The position numbers and the translations under genes were made by a program. A stretch of DNA of 64,000 nucleotides from Phoronis australis. Lineage: Eukaryota > Animalia > Phoronida. The notes under the pieces were generated by a model. It did not search any database and was not told the origin of the DNA. It worked only from the letters and a program-made list of their open reading frames with translations. The stretch is from positions 1 to 64,000 of the forward strand of contig NMRA01000727.1 of NCBI GenBank assembly GCA_002633005.1. Reading direction: 5' to 3'. How positions within the stretch are numbered: position 1 is the first letter of the stretch; every line of letters starts with the position of its first letter. Shown piece by piece: positions 27,101 to 39,100 of this stretch.

Positions 27101-30100
27101 AAGTGATATCTATTCATGAAGTAAATTATTCGTCTTTTGCTTCTGGTATAATGATACACAACCAAAAAGTGACGAAGGGCTTTCTGACACTTATACAATA
27201 CGGTTGAAAAACGACAGACTTGTGAAGTGATAGTAAAGAAGGTGACAAGTCCATTGGCCAAGTATTAAAAAAATGGCTGTTATCACTTGTCCCGGGTACA
27301 CGATTTTGGCATCGCATTACTGTAGAGCTCAAACAGGTGGTGCTTGATCGTGTGGATATATTTTGAATACATTCCGTTACTCACTTAGATCACTTTACGT
27401 CACGCACATACCAGGTGGGCAGCTTCCTGCATCGCCGAATGGCAAGTAGGTGTTCCTCCGTTTGACTCTGTTTGGGTCATTGGACCGCCAATTGAAACAT
27501 TCCGAAAACATGGGTGAAATTTGTTCGGAAGGAGTTCGGTTGTGACAGATCTAACCTTGCTTCATTTGTTTTGAACAAACAAAATTCCGCCCTAATCCCA
27601 CATTCCACAGCTACACGTAGAAACACCACCGAATCAAACGAACGCAAAAAACTCCTAGGCATGCCCAGCGCAACTTCAGGTGCACGTGATGGAAGGCATT
27701 TCAGTCCCAGAATTCTATGGATCAAGAGGACTAATATTACACCATAGACTGTAGTACATTCTGTTGTCTATAATCTATGATTACACGTACATGTACTTAT
27801 AATAAGGAAAGTACGAAGAACCCTTACTTATACCATCCCAGTGGATAAACTCGGATTTACAATGCTGAATTTATACTTGCGTTTAGGCGTTCAAATGATT
27901 ACGATTTAACAACTTCATTCAAACTGGATTTTCATACCTGATTATCTTTCACGTCATATGGTTAATTTTATATCTGTTTGAAATTCTTATTTGTTGCTTT
28001 TAAACAAATCTCAATCAATCCTAGTAGCCTTATGTTTGAGTTTTAATGAACAAAATGGCCGACAAAAACAATACGCGATTTCTCAGAATCCCATAAAATT
28101 ATCTTCGTATTTCTTTTGTCAAGGTAAAGGAGTATGCTGAGAAATCTATGTGCATATATGGCCACATTTTTGTTCTTATTTACAATCACTCTTTATCTGA
28201 GTCTTCCAGCATACAGTCACACCTGGCTCAAATAACATGAACCTGACCCAGCGCGTTTGATACGACTGGTATGTATTACGAATTACATGCGAAAGAGGGC
28301 AGCCGCGCTTACATGTAACTTGTCTGTTGACCATTAACCCATGTTTCAGGCGCACGTTTTTGAATTTCAATATTTCGCCAAAAGTTTAGCCCAAAAAATC
28401 CACTCCCAGACCCAAGACACCGGCATTTTCTTCTGAAGGGTAATTCACATACAATGGTACTATTGCCTATTGATTCATACCTGTATTGTTTGGACAGTTC
28501 TCGAGCTTTTTATTTCCTTGGCACGATATAACTGTCTCCAAACAAACACCTACAGTGTCCAAGCGTTTGATTGTTAATAGTCCGTATGGTTCATCACATG
28601 TTGCCGTCGAGCAATCTTCCGTTGGCTTCGGCTCATCGTTGTCCACTAAAAACATTAGACATGACGATTACCCAAAAAGGGTCAAGCACAATTACCTCCA
28701 AAAAGACACAAACACATAACATACATGTAATTTTATCATGTGGCTGTCACTTGAACCAAACTGTCGAACCATTGTGTAAAAAATCGGGTCCATACCGCTG
28801 TTCCCCTGGCCTTGTACTCTGTCATCCTTATGCTTTCCAACCGATGCTCACACGGCCATTTGTTCCTCGTCTCGATGTTTGCTCGACCCCATGTTCCCAC
28901 GCCTCGACGCTCCCCCGACGTTACCTATATTTTCTATGTATCGGGAGTCAATTTCTTTTGTTAATTATCTAATCTATTGCTAAGGCTGCAAAGTGGGTGA
29001 GGATTCCGACCTGGCACAGGCATTTCCAAGATGCCATTTAATTCCATAAGAGAGAAGCAAATGCTGAAATTGACCAATCGTACTGCTTGGACCTAAATTT
29101 ATACATGCCGGATGTCTTTTTTGATTTTCCACACCCATCACTCAACCAGATATAACCCACTTACCCACTTGTACGACACAAGCCCAAGCATGCGTTAAGT
29201 CCTTCCATCACTTTCAACGCGCCGTGCATAACGATCCTAAGGCAAAACCACTGTATCACCGCCTTCAAAGTGACAACCTATAACGATCCTAATGAGTAAC
29301 CACTGTATCACCACCTTCAAAGTGACAACCTATAACGATCCTAAGGAGTTTAAACTATATCACCACCTTCAAAATGACAATCTATATGTATAATGATCCT
29401 AAGGCGTAACTACTGTATCACCGCCTTCAAAGTGACAACCTATAACGATCCTAAGGAGTAACCACTGTATCACCACCTTCAAAGTGACAACCTATATGTA
29501 TAATGATCCTAAGGCGTATCCACTGTATCACCGCCTTCAAAGTGACACTAAACCCAATTTCGGAGAAGCATTGGACCAGGAAAACATGGGGACGGGGTAA
29601 ATTGAGACCTGAAGAACGTCGGTTCCAGAACACAAGAACGGGGTAATGTAGGGACCGAGGACATGAGTAGCAGGCCGACCCAACTTTTATTGCTTTATCG
29701 ATCCCTTGTTCCAGACCATTGGCGCTGCCGATGATACAAAAAAAATCAATAGCTTTCACGGCAGATTGGTGAATATAAGATTTCATCGTTTGGTTCTCGT
29801 GACTTTCTAAATGACGTCAATAGTGAATTTGCCCCTTTTCTCCAGCTGGCCAAATTCAGACTGTGTTTATCTCCACAGTACATGTGTGTAGGTTATCTGT
29901 ATACCAATGTACACTATAACAGATATTCATGTTACTCCGCTGTACTAGATTGTTATTTTCCTTACCGACATTTGTACATGTGTTTGCGTAAATAAGAGAT
30001 TGTGGATTTATTTGCGTAACTAAATGCGCCCTTGTGCGTGAGTGCACCTAATTATTGTAACTGTTTCTATAATAAATCACTGCTATTATGTTTACCTGTT

Positions 30101-33100
30101 GCTAAGATAGAGTTTGATTTCCCTATTCATCTACAATCAAGAAATAAAATAGAACGAAATAAAAATAAAGTAAACAAATTAATCTAGGTCGCTGCAGGGC
30201 ATTGCGGAAGAAGGGGCGCGTTGATTACGACAATGGACTGAAAACTTAAAGCTGACCTTTATGTATCATCCTCCCAAGGAAGGTCGTTGGTAATTTTTGC
30301 TCAGATGAGCGAAAGGACAAAAACGTGTCAAACTGGGTGTGGAGGGCGAGAAACGAGCATTTAATGCCGACAAAAGCTGTTAACCCACTGATGCCCTATT
30401 GGGAAAAATGTGAGAAGCGGAAGTACCCACGTACTACTGGAGTAGATACGAAAAACTGTGTGTGTGTGTACAATTTAGTGAATCGTCTCCATTATGATAA
30501 AAAAGTCCCTTTCTTGTTATAGCTGGTGTTATGGTAAAAGTTATGAGAGATGTTATTTTTAGGCCTCGTAGGGTTGAATTCAGATTTGGCTATCAGAGTG
30601 ATGAAAAAAAATCGCTCTTATCGCAACAAAGTTCAATTGCTGTAACCTAATGACCAGTGACAGCAGATATCGTTAAGTTAGCCATGACTACCGTTTTGGT
30701 ACATTTGTCTTGCATTATATCAACTGAAGTCCAGTGCCCGGTTGCATGAAACAGTCAATATTATGGACTCAATTAAATTCCCTAAATCTACAGCGTAATT
30801 TTGGACTAGTGAAAACGTCGACTGCCCTTTTCTTGTATTGTTTTAGTTTCATTACTAAGTCAACTTTTGACTTTGATACAAATCGAGAGTGAGTTATGAT
30901 ACGCCGTAAAATGGAACAATTTCGTGAAATGTAACAATTGTTACACTTTACGACATTTTTACATTTTACGTTGGTACGCCTCTCCTAAAATATAACAAGT
31001 TGTTACACTTTATGTAATTATTGCAGTTTACATCGGATGCACATGCGAGAGATGTACCATTGTTACATTTTACGAAAGCGACGTCATATTTCACGAGTTT
31101 TCATGGTATTTGTCAAACGGAGAAAAACGGTTCACACATTTAATGCCTTCGATCTTTCTCGGATTGTTTGAAAAAAATTCTGTCAAATGTGGCAGCTCGA
31201 ATTGATAGATGTGTCCCTATGTGGTTTCCATTTTTTCTTAACATGAATAGTTTATTGGTATAGCAGTGACAGATCTACGTTTTCAGTGGGGAGGGGGCGT
31301 TAGGATTCGAGGGAATCCGAGATGTGCAGCTCCGCGCAGGGGGAGGTGTGGAGGTTTTTTTTTTGTTACCGATTTTGTTTTCGTTTGATCCTGTCCCTGG
31401 GGGTTAAGCCCCCTGAACCCCCGTAGATCCGCCGCTGTAAAGTCAAAAATATAACACGCACAGTTTCAACTCCAGACGAAAGAGCTTCCAGGATCAGGTA
31501 ACAAGGTTTTCATTGTTAAAACGTTCTTACTATCTTTTGTTGACACTCTCAAGTCATAAACCAAATGTGTTGAATCGATACACTAGAAGGTCAATCGGTA
31601 AACACTAAAAGTGGGCTTTATGTTTAGAACGTACATGTACATTCAAAGTTCAAAGTTCATTTTACCAACATTTCTGCTGCCACGTCTAAAGTCCATGATT
31701 CAAGTATCACTGGCAGCGCTTAATTGACAAAGACTTACACGAACACTGATTTCAAGTCTAAAATATTTTGTGTAACGTAGACTGTAAAGCCCCATTTTTC
31801 TCATTTGGTCTTGACCCAGCTGATGAAGACCACATCAGACGTTCATTTCCAGTACATCTTTCTTATGTGGAACCAGCCTTGCCCGCAGCTGATAGCAGGA
31901 CCAATCGACAACCACGCCTGCCACCACTTTTTATTGCGGCACAGCGCCTTTCGGATTTCTTTGCTTAGACCGCTATGTTTCCAGCTGTTTTGAAAATCCG
32001 CTGAACAGATAGATCAGTGTGCCAGTTTCCAACATCGAGTTTTTCGGTAACTTCAGGTCGGATGTACACAGGATACAATGATCGGTACATTTCAGGGTCA
32101 CAAGTAGGCCTGTTGCATTGGTCAAGGTGTTTTTGTACAATGTAACAGAACGCAGTGCTCACTAACGGCAGCGAAAATGGATATTTTACATTTGCATGCA
32201 AACTTTCAATAACGATCTTTTCCAGCAGCTCGGGAGGGAGTATTTGTACCTTGGCATTTTCTTCTTATCATTTCCCTGCCTCCATAGGCCACCTCAAAAC
32301 CGGCAGCAATGCTCTCCCTGCATAGTTCTTTGTTTTCTATCTCTTCTGTATCACCGGCATTGTCTCTCTCTCTACGTCATTCGCGTACGCCTCTCTATCG
32401 AGTACGACCTCATCGAAAGACTCATTTTCTTTATTTTCTCCCTCTTGTGTACCGGTGTCTGTATTTTTTTACGTACATCACCTCGTCACTACTATTTTCA
32501 CCAACATCTCTTTCCGGTTATTCCTCACTGTCCTGAACACCGTAATAGAGAAATAGTGTTCCCCTTCACCCATAGTGAACAATGGCAAATTCTTGTCCTA
32601 AGTTCCAGTGGTTGACACAATGGTGGTGTTGGTTCGACCTCTACTTGACACCATTAACACCTGCATGTTGTAATGACAGCTCAACCCTAAAAGTGTAAGA
32701 TGGTCACCATAGGTAGTAGTATTTAACATACATGTAGATCTCCTGTAATCATTTGCCAGCCCAGAAATGGAATCCTTAACGGCTTAAAACTGGCAATTCT
32801 CTGCGGCTTAGCAGGGGTTTAGCAACACTCGGTCGCCATGATGAGCCTGGAGGAAGTCACTGGTGTTTCTTCACCGCGAAATACTTCTGTCTGTGCTTCT
32901 GCTTCATAAGAGTTTTACGACGCAAATCTTGAGACCTCTTTTTCCGAAGACTTTGCTTAGAAGAAGTAGTACTCGAGACATTCACTACTGAAAACCATTC
33001 GACAGCATTGCAACGTTTACCAGGTCTCAAGAACCACACGCAATACTTTTCCTTTTTACGAGATCTTTTTGTTCAACTTTGCCCTCCAACACCAATCTTC

Positions 33101-36100
33101 TTGTGGGTATCCTATTCCTGTGACTTGTTCGAGGGAATCCAACGAGGATTTTTTCTCGAACTTGGTAGACTTGGTTCTGATTTACCTTCGAGTGACGTTG
33201 TATCATTAACTCTGCACATTTCGTCGACGCGACACGGGCTTTGATACGCCGTAAAATGTAACGTCATTGTTACATTTTACGTTGCTAAGCCTCTCCTAAA
33301 ATGTAACAAGTTGTTACATTTTACGTAGTTGTTACATTTCACGTCAAACGCACATGCGAGAAATGTACCATTGTTACATTTTACGAAACCCACGTCATAT
33401 TGCAAAGAAAATTACCAAAATCACGAACAAGTGGTATCTAACGCGCCGGGGGTACTGGAGTATTTTTAGAGGAGTGCCGCCCGAAAAATTTGAATACCTA
33501 CCCGTTAAGAGAGTAGGCTTGAACAAAAAGTGACCCAATTAGAGACTAAATTGTGTAAAAATTCACATTTTCGCACCCTTCTGTTCCAGAAATTCAGGAA
33601 AGCCACCTTTAGATATAGTTTTGTCGAAAATGGCACCATTTTGGAAAGTATTTTTTCTGTGAAAACACACCCTTTTGGGCTGTACTTTTGGTATACATGT
33701 ACATCTTCTATACGAATGGCACGGGCTGACAAGACATGAATTTGGATACCTATTATCGTTTTATTAGTATTACATTTCTATCACTACTGTTACTACTATT
33801 AATACTCTTAATACTATCTCAAGTAGTACTCCTTATCGTTTTTGTTATCATTATTATTATCATTACTAATATTTTTAAATTTATTTATTGAGGACACAAT
33901 ACATGTTTAGCAAAGCGCTAATACATCATGGTCCTCAAAGATTTTAAAATCATCTCATTTATGGTTCAATCTTATCATCGGGCAAGTGCTGTTCCAAGAA
34001 GGATATTAAATGGGCTCTTGTGTTCAGCTTTAACGATATTGCGAGGAGCGTCTTGACAGCTGTGGATGCAGAGTAGGCCTACTTTTTGGAAACGAGGAGG
34101 TTGAGACTTAAAATTTTGTTTAGGCGTGCATCAACTTTAAAAATTGATTATTTTTGAACTATCGGCAAGCACTGAAAATATAGCTAAATCCACCTCATAG
34201 TTTGCCACGAAGAACTAAATTCAGACCGCAAGTCGCTGACTTGATGAAAACATTGCTTGTCAACGAACTGGGGATCGTTCTACGATGATGAGTAAGTTCA
34301 AAAATTGCTTTATGTTGAACTCTGGAGGCAGTCATCTTTCGAGAACTAATCACGAGTCGGCTGCGGTCACCGGTTCATTAGAATAACTGGTAACGGACAT
34401 TCAAAACACGCAACGATTTTATGTGGAGTCGGCCCCAATATTCTTAGAAAAACATAGTTATTTAACATAATGATTTGAACTAGGTTTCATTAAAAGTGGA
34501 TTGCATGGAAAAAACCGCCAACGTCGAAGTCAGCATTGTTTAATACAAACATTTAAAACAATGCATCAAAAGGATTAATATACTAAATTCCCTTATCTTC
34601 GAGCTACAACAAAAAAGTGGCGCCTCATGAGACACGTGACTTCACGTCCATTAACAGTGGAATGTCCAATCTTTGTCCTTATTTATATGTACTTTGAACT
34701 GACGACCTTTGACCAAATAGCAATTTTATTTCACATTTTATCTTAAAAGATAATGGAAAGAGAAAGTGCATGTTTTTATAGTCCGAAAGGCCGACAGTCA
34801 GCTTTTTGGACTATTGCCCCTTTAAGCTATCGACCTAGACCAGGTTTGAGCAAAACGATCATGTTCCTTGAGAGTCCAAATATTTTCTATATCACCAGCT
34901 AGGCATCCCATTTTTACAGTGTACTTATGCAAGTCACAGTTTGACCTGTTGTTACCACCACTATTTCAGACAAGCTTGACATCATAGAAACAATGATATT
35001 TCTTTCCGGCGTTATTATGCCGCCATTTTTTTAAGCTAATGGCTCGCCCTTCTCAAAGGTGATATTTTTTCGTTGCTTTGGCAAAATCTGTCAACCTTCG
35101 GGCAAATAAATGCGAGCTATTATTTTCTTCACCCACAATGTCTTTAAGAAATTGTTATTCGTAACTCGTGTGGTAGACATTATCTGCCGGCATCAGAAAC
35201 TTTGGTTTTGCTCCTTCTGTGTGAAGCAGGGCAATTAATGCATTAGCGATGACTCCGATGAAGCCAATAAAACACTGGCCGAAATAAACCAAACTATCGT
35301 GGACTAACACCGTTCTTTTTTCTATCAAATTGGCTTCTTAAATTGAATTCTCCATGAAAATTTTTGTTATTGTCGTTCGTTCCCGAAGAAATACGATAAA
35401 TATCAGCCAAATACGATGTCATTGTTGTTCTTACCAAGGCAAGTGTGTTTACCTTAATGTCAGATACACAACTGGTTTATGAGCGCCAACAAAAGGTTGC
35501 AAGAACATTTGAACGGTAAAAAACTTGTTACCTGATCCTGAAAACTCCTGTCGTGTTGAGTTGAAACTGTATGCTGTACATTTTTGACTATACCATAAAA
35601 CCGCTCATGTTAAAAAAAAAACATGAAAGTACGTAGGGACAATCTATAAAGTCGCATTTGATAGAATTTCATTCAAACAATCCGAGAAAAAGGCGTTAAG
35701 TGGGTAAACAAATTTCCTCCGTGTGACAAATGCCATACAAACTCAAAAAATATAACGTCGGTTTCGTAAAATGTAACAATGGTACATCTCTCGCTTGTGC
35801 ATTCGACGTAAATTGTAACAATTCTATAAAATGTAACATTTTATTACATTTGAGGAGAGGCCTAGCAACATAAAGTGTAACAATGACATAAAATGTAAAG
35901 ATTGTTACATTATACGAAGTTGTTACATTTTACGGCTTATCAGGGCTTTTCTCTTAACAGAGCAATCTGCGGTATGGAAAACGTCGATTGGTTTCTGGAA
36001 TCCAAGTACTTCTTTTGGGACGTTGTTTATGGCTTCTTGTATTTGGTGTATTTGGCCCAGTTAAACCCCGGTTTTTTACTCATCTTATACTGAATTTTTG

Positions 36101-39100
36101 CCGCACTCCAAAGTGGCTGACCTCGCACTGTGGGTTGTACGCTCTGCTTTGGATGACATTTTCAAAAACGTGTCTACAACTCACTTGAACTCCGTTCCAT
36201 TATCACGCCCGAATGAGTTTTGGTGATCTGTGATCTGCAATGATTGTTCGGAGATCTTTTTTCATACCAGAACTTCTTTTATCAACAAGTGGTCGGAGTA
36301 TCAGGAATCGTGAGAAAACGTAAACTACAAACAAAATCCACTGATAAACTTTACCCTCGTAATTTACGCGAACATTACTCACATTAATTAAGTCCATTTG
36401 CCAACTCTTGTTCCTAGCTTTAGCGGTTACAGGTGTAGGGGAAGAGCGATTGTTAAATTTTGCGTAAGCTTTTTGATATCACTTTGACTTGGACAAACAG
36501 TTTCTGATAGTGTCCTCGGAAATATTGGCATACGCGTCCTTCAGTTGATGAGAAATAGCTCTTGCTTTGCTGCCAAAGTTTTGGTGGAACTGTGTATTTA
36601 CAACTTGTGAGACTGTGTCTTTTGCAATGACTTCTTTTATTTTATAATACAGTTTACCTTTTTTTACTGAGAAGTAGTCTTTATTTCTGTAAAACCGTAC
36701 TTTGCAGTGTTCTGCTCGGTTGCACGCTGCTTTACATGCACCTTAAACATATCTGATACTAACTGCGTGATTGTGTCGTATTGCTCACGCGTGACTGAAT
36801 TTATCCTGTGAAGCGTCTTCTCTTTTTTGGAGACTTTTCCGTTCTTCTAAATCGAAAGGATTCATTCTGTACCTGAAAACATTTTCAAAACAGAAGTAAT
36901 AAAACATAGCTATATGGCAGCACTGAACATTATTATAAGCTTCGTACAGTTGTATCTGATGGATGATTTGAAATTTGTTTCATATTAGCATGAATGGGAA
37001 CTGTCTGTCGACCACTTGCATTCAGACACTTACTTTGTTGAGACAAATTTTGAAATTAACAGACCATCTAAAACGTTCACCTTTTCGTTGACTACTGAGA
37101 ATTTAACGCTCGACTGTCACAGCGAGATTTTGTATGAGAACACTTTAGAAACGTAGCATCACTGATTATTGGACGTACGTGTTAGCTCCGCCCAACAAGT
37201 GGTGTTACTGACGAATTCTTGAAAACTTCAGCCTACCTTTGAGACATCAAACAAACCCGTCATATCAAAGCAATGTTGAGCCTCTTTCATCAGATGTCCT
37301 GTCATGTCTTTCCCTAAACAAAACAGCGTGTGCGCAACAGAAGATCAAAACATCGGCCACTGGACTAAAAGCACGCTACGAATCAACTATAGAGTTGTAC
37401 TTGGTACTTCTTAAAGACAACGTGGCTCAAGGAAGTAAAATAACACATTTATTTGCAGGCAGGTTGGCAGATTTTTCCAGTGCAACAACAAAAAATTGGA
37501 TTTAAGAAGGCGAGCCACTAGTTTAAAAAGGAAATTTGGTATATTTAATCTTTTACTACATCGCATAAAATGCATACTAAAACACTATCGCTGACTTCAA
37601 CGTTGGTCGTTTTTGTTCCGTAAAACCCACTTTCAATGAATCCTACTTCAAATCCCAATGTTCTTCTAGCGATATAGGGATCCGTTCCCGTAAAATTGTT
37701 ACGTGTTTTGTACATGTATGTCTGTTATCAACTATTCTAATGACGCGGTGACCGCAATCATATCCGATTATTCGCCAGTTCTCGAAAAATGTCTGTCTCC
37801 AGAGTTGACCTTAACGCACTTTTTGAACTTACAGACCATCGTTGAACGAGCCCCAATTCCTTGAAAAGGAATGTTTTCAACAAGGGACAGAAAATGATAA
37901 CACAACCTGTATCCTCACGTTTAGATGTACATGAAAGTTGCAAGCAAACGATTTCACACTGAATTCAGTTCTTCCTGGCAAACTACAGAATGATATAGTC
38001 ATATCCACAGCTGAAAAGGCGTTTCTCACAATATCATCAAGGTTTAAAATTCTTTTAAATCTGCACCCGCTGTCCATTATGGGAAGACCCGTGAAAAGCT
38101 CCAGTTGAACCATAATTGAGATGATTTTTAAATCCTTGAGGACCATGATGTATTAGCACTTTCATAAACATGTATTGTGTATATCACACTGTGCCCTGGT
38201 CAAATAATTTCAATGACAATAATAAGAAAAATAATAATAACATAGTAATAGTAATAATAATTTAACTCTAGTGTTCCGTGTTTGCAGCAAGTCAAAAAGG
38301 AACTCTCTAAATATCACGAGCTTGAAAATAAATTTCTGTATTAAATGTGAATATGACCTACAGGTGTATTCGTTGACAGGTGGACCCCTATAATGTATCT
38401 ATTTGTGTAATTTTCGTCTTTGACAAACTTCTGATCCCGGGTGTGTTCGTGATGTAGGTACATGTATGTATGTTTGCGTGCAAATATGTCAAAAATTTAT
38501 ACTGTGTCATATGTTGTTCAAATATATATATTTAAAAAGAACAACAATAATAATAGTAATGGTTAGCCGAATTCATGCCGTATCAGTCCGGACGGTATTC
38601 CTACAGAAGAGGTATACGAAAAGGGTTGCACAAAATGGTGTTTTTTCAAAGCAAAAAATACTCTCCAAAACGGTGTCATTTTCGACAATCTAAAAGGGTG
38701 CCTTTTTGGAACTTTTGTGCTTTTTACACAAAAATACCCTCTAAATGGGTCACTTTTTTGTTCGAGCACACTCTGTAAATGGGCAGGTAATCAAAATTTT
38801 CGGGCGGCACCTCTCGTCCAGAAATACTCGAATATCCCCGGTCGTGTCAAATAAAACTTGTTTGTGATTTTGTCATTCATTTTTAAATATGACGTCGCTT
38901 CCGTAAAATGTAAAAACGGTACATTTCTCGCGTGTGCATTCGACGTAAAATGTAACAATGTCGTAAAACGTAACAGTTGTTACATTTTACGAAATTGTTA
39001 CATTTTGCGGCGTATCAGAGCTCTACGTTAAATTTCCATTATTATTCAAAATATGTAGGGATCTTTTCATGCAACACCTCAACTAAGGACTGGGTCCCTG

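Larger units (their letters stand above)
30897..39017 (-). mobile_element. Ginger-like (gypsy-integrase-related) DNA transposon, decayed autonomous copy
   Basis: TIR TGATACGCCGTAAAATG...CATTTTGCGGCGTATCA with TGTAAC/GTTACA subterminal repeats; flanks GAGTTA/GAGCTC; internal integrase and OTU remnants. Confidence 0.75.
30735..39081. mobile_element. Possible PIF/Harbinger-like MITE split by the Ginger-like insertion
   Basis: GTTGCATGAAA at 30741 and TTTCATGCAAC at 39065 form an inverted pair just outside the Ginger-like termini. Confidence 0.3.

Noticed and set aside
28797-28924. Candidate minus-strand exon GNVGERRGVGTWG...
   Set aside because: Poor polypyrimidine tract, incompatible exit phase, and resemblance to the GGAACATGGGG repeat also seen near 29580-29660.
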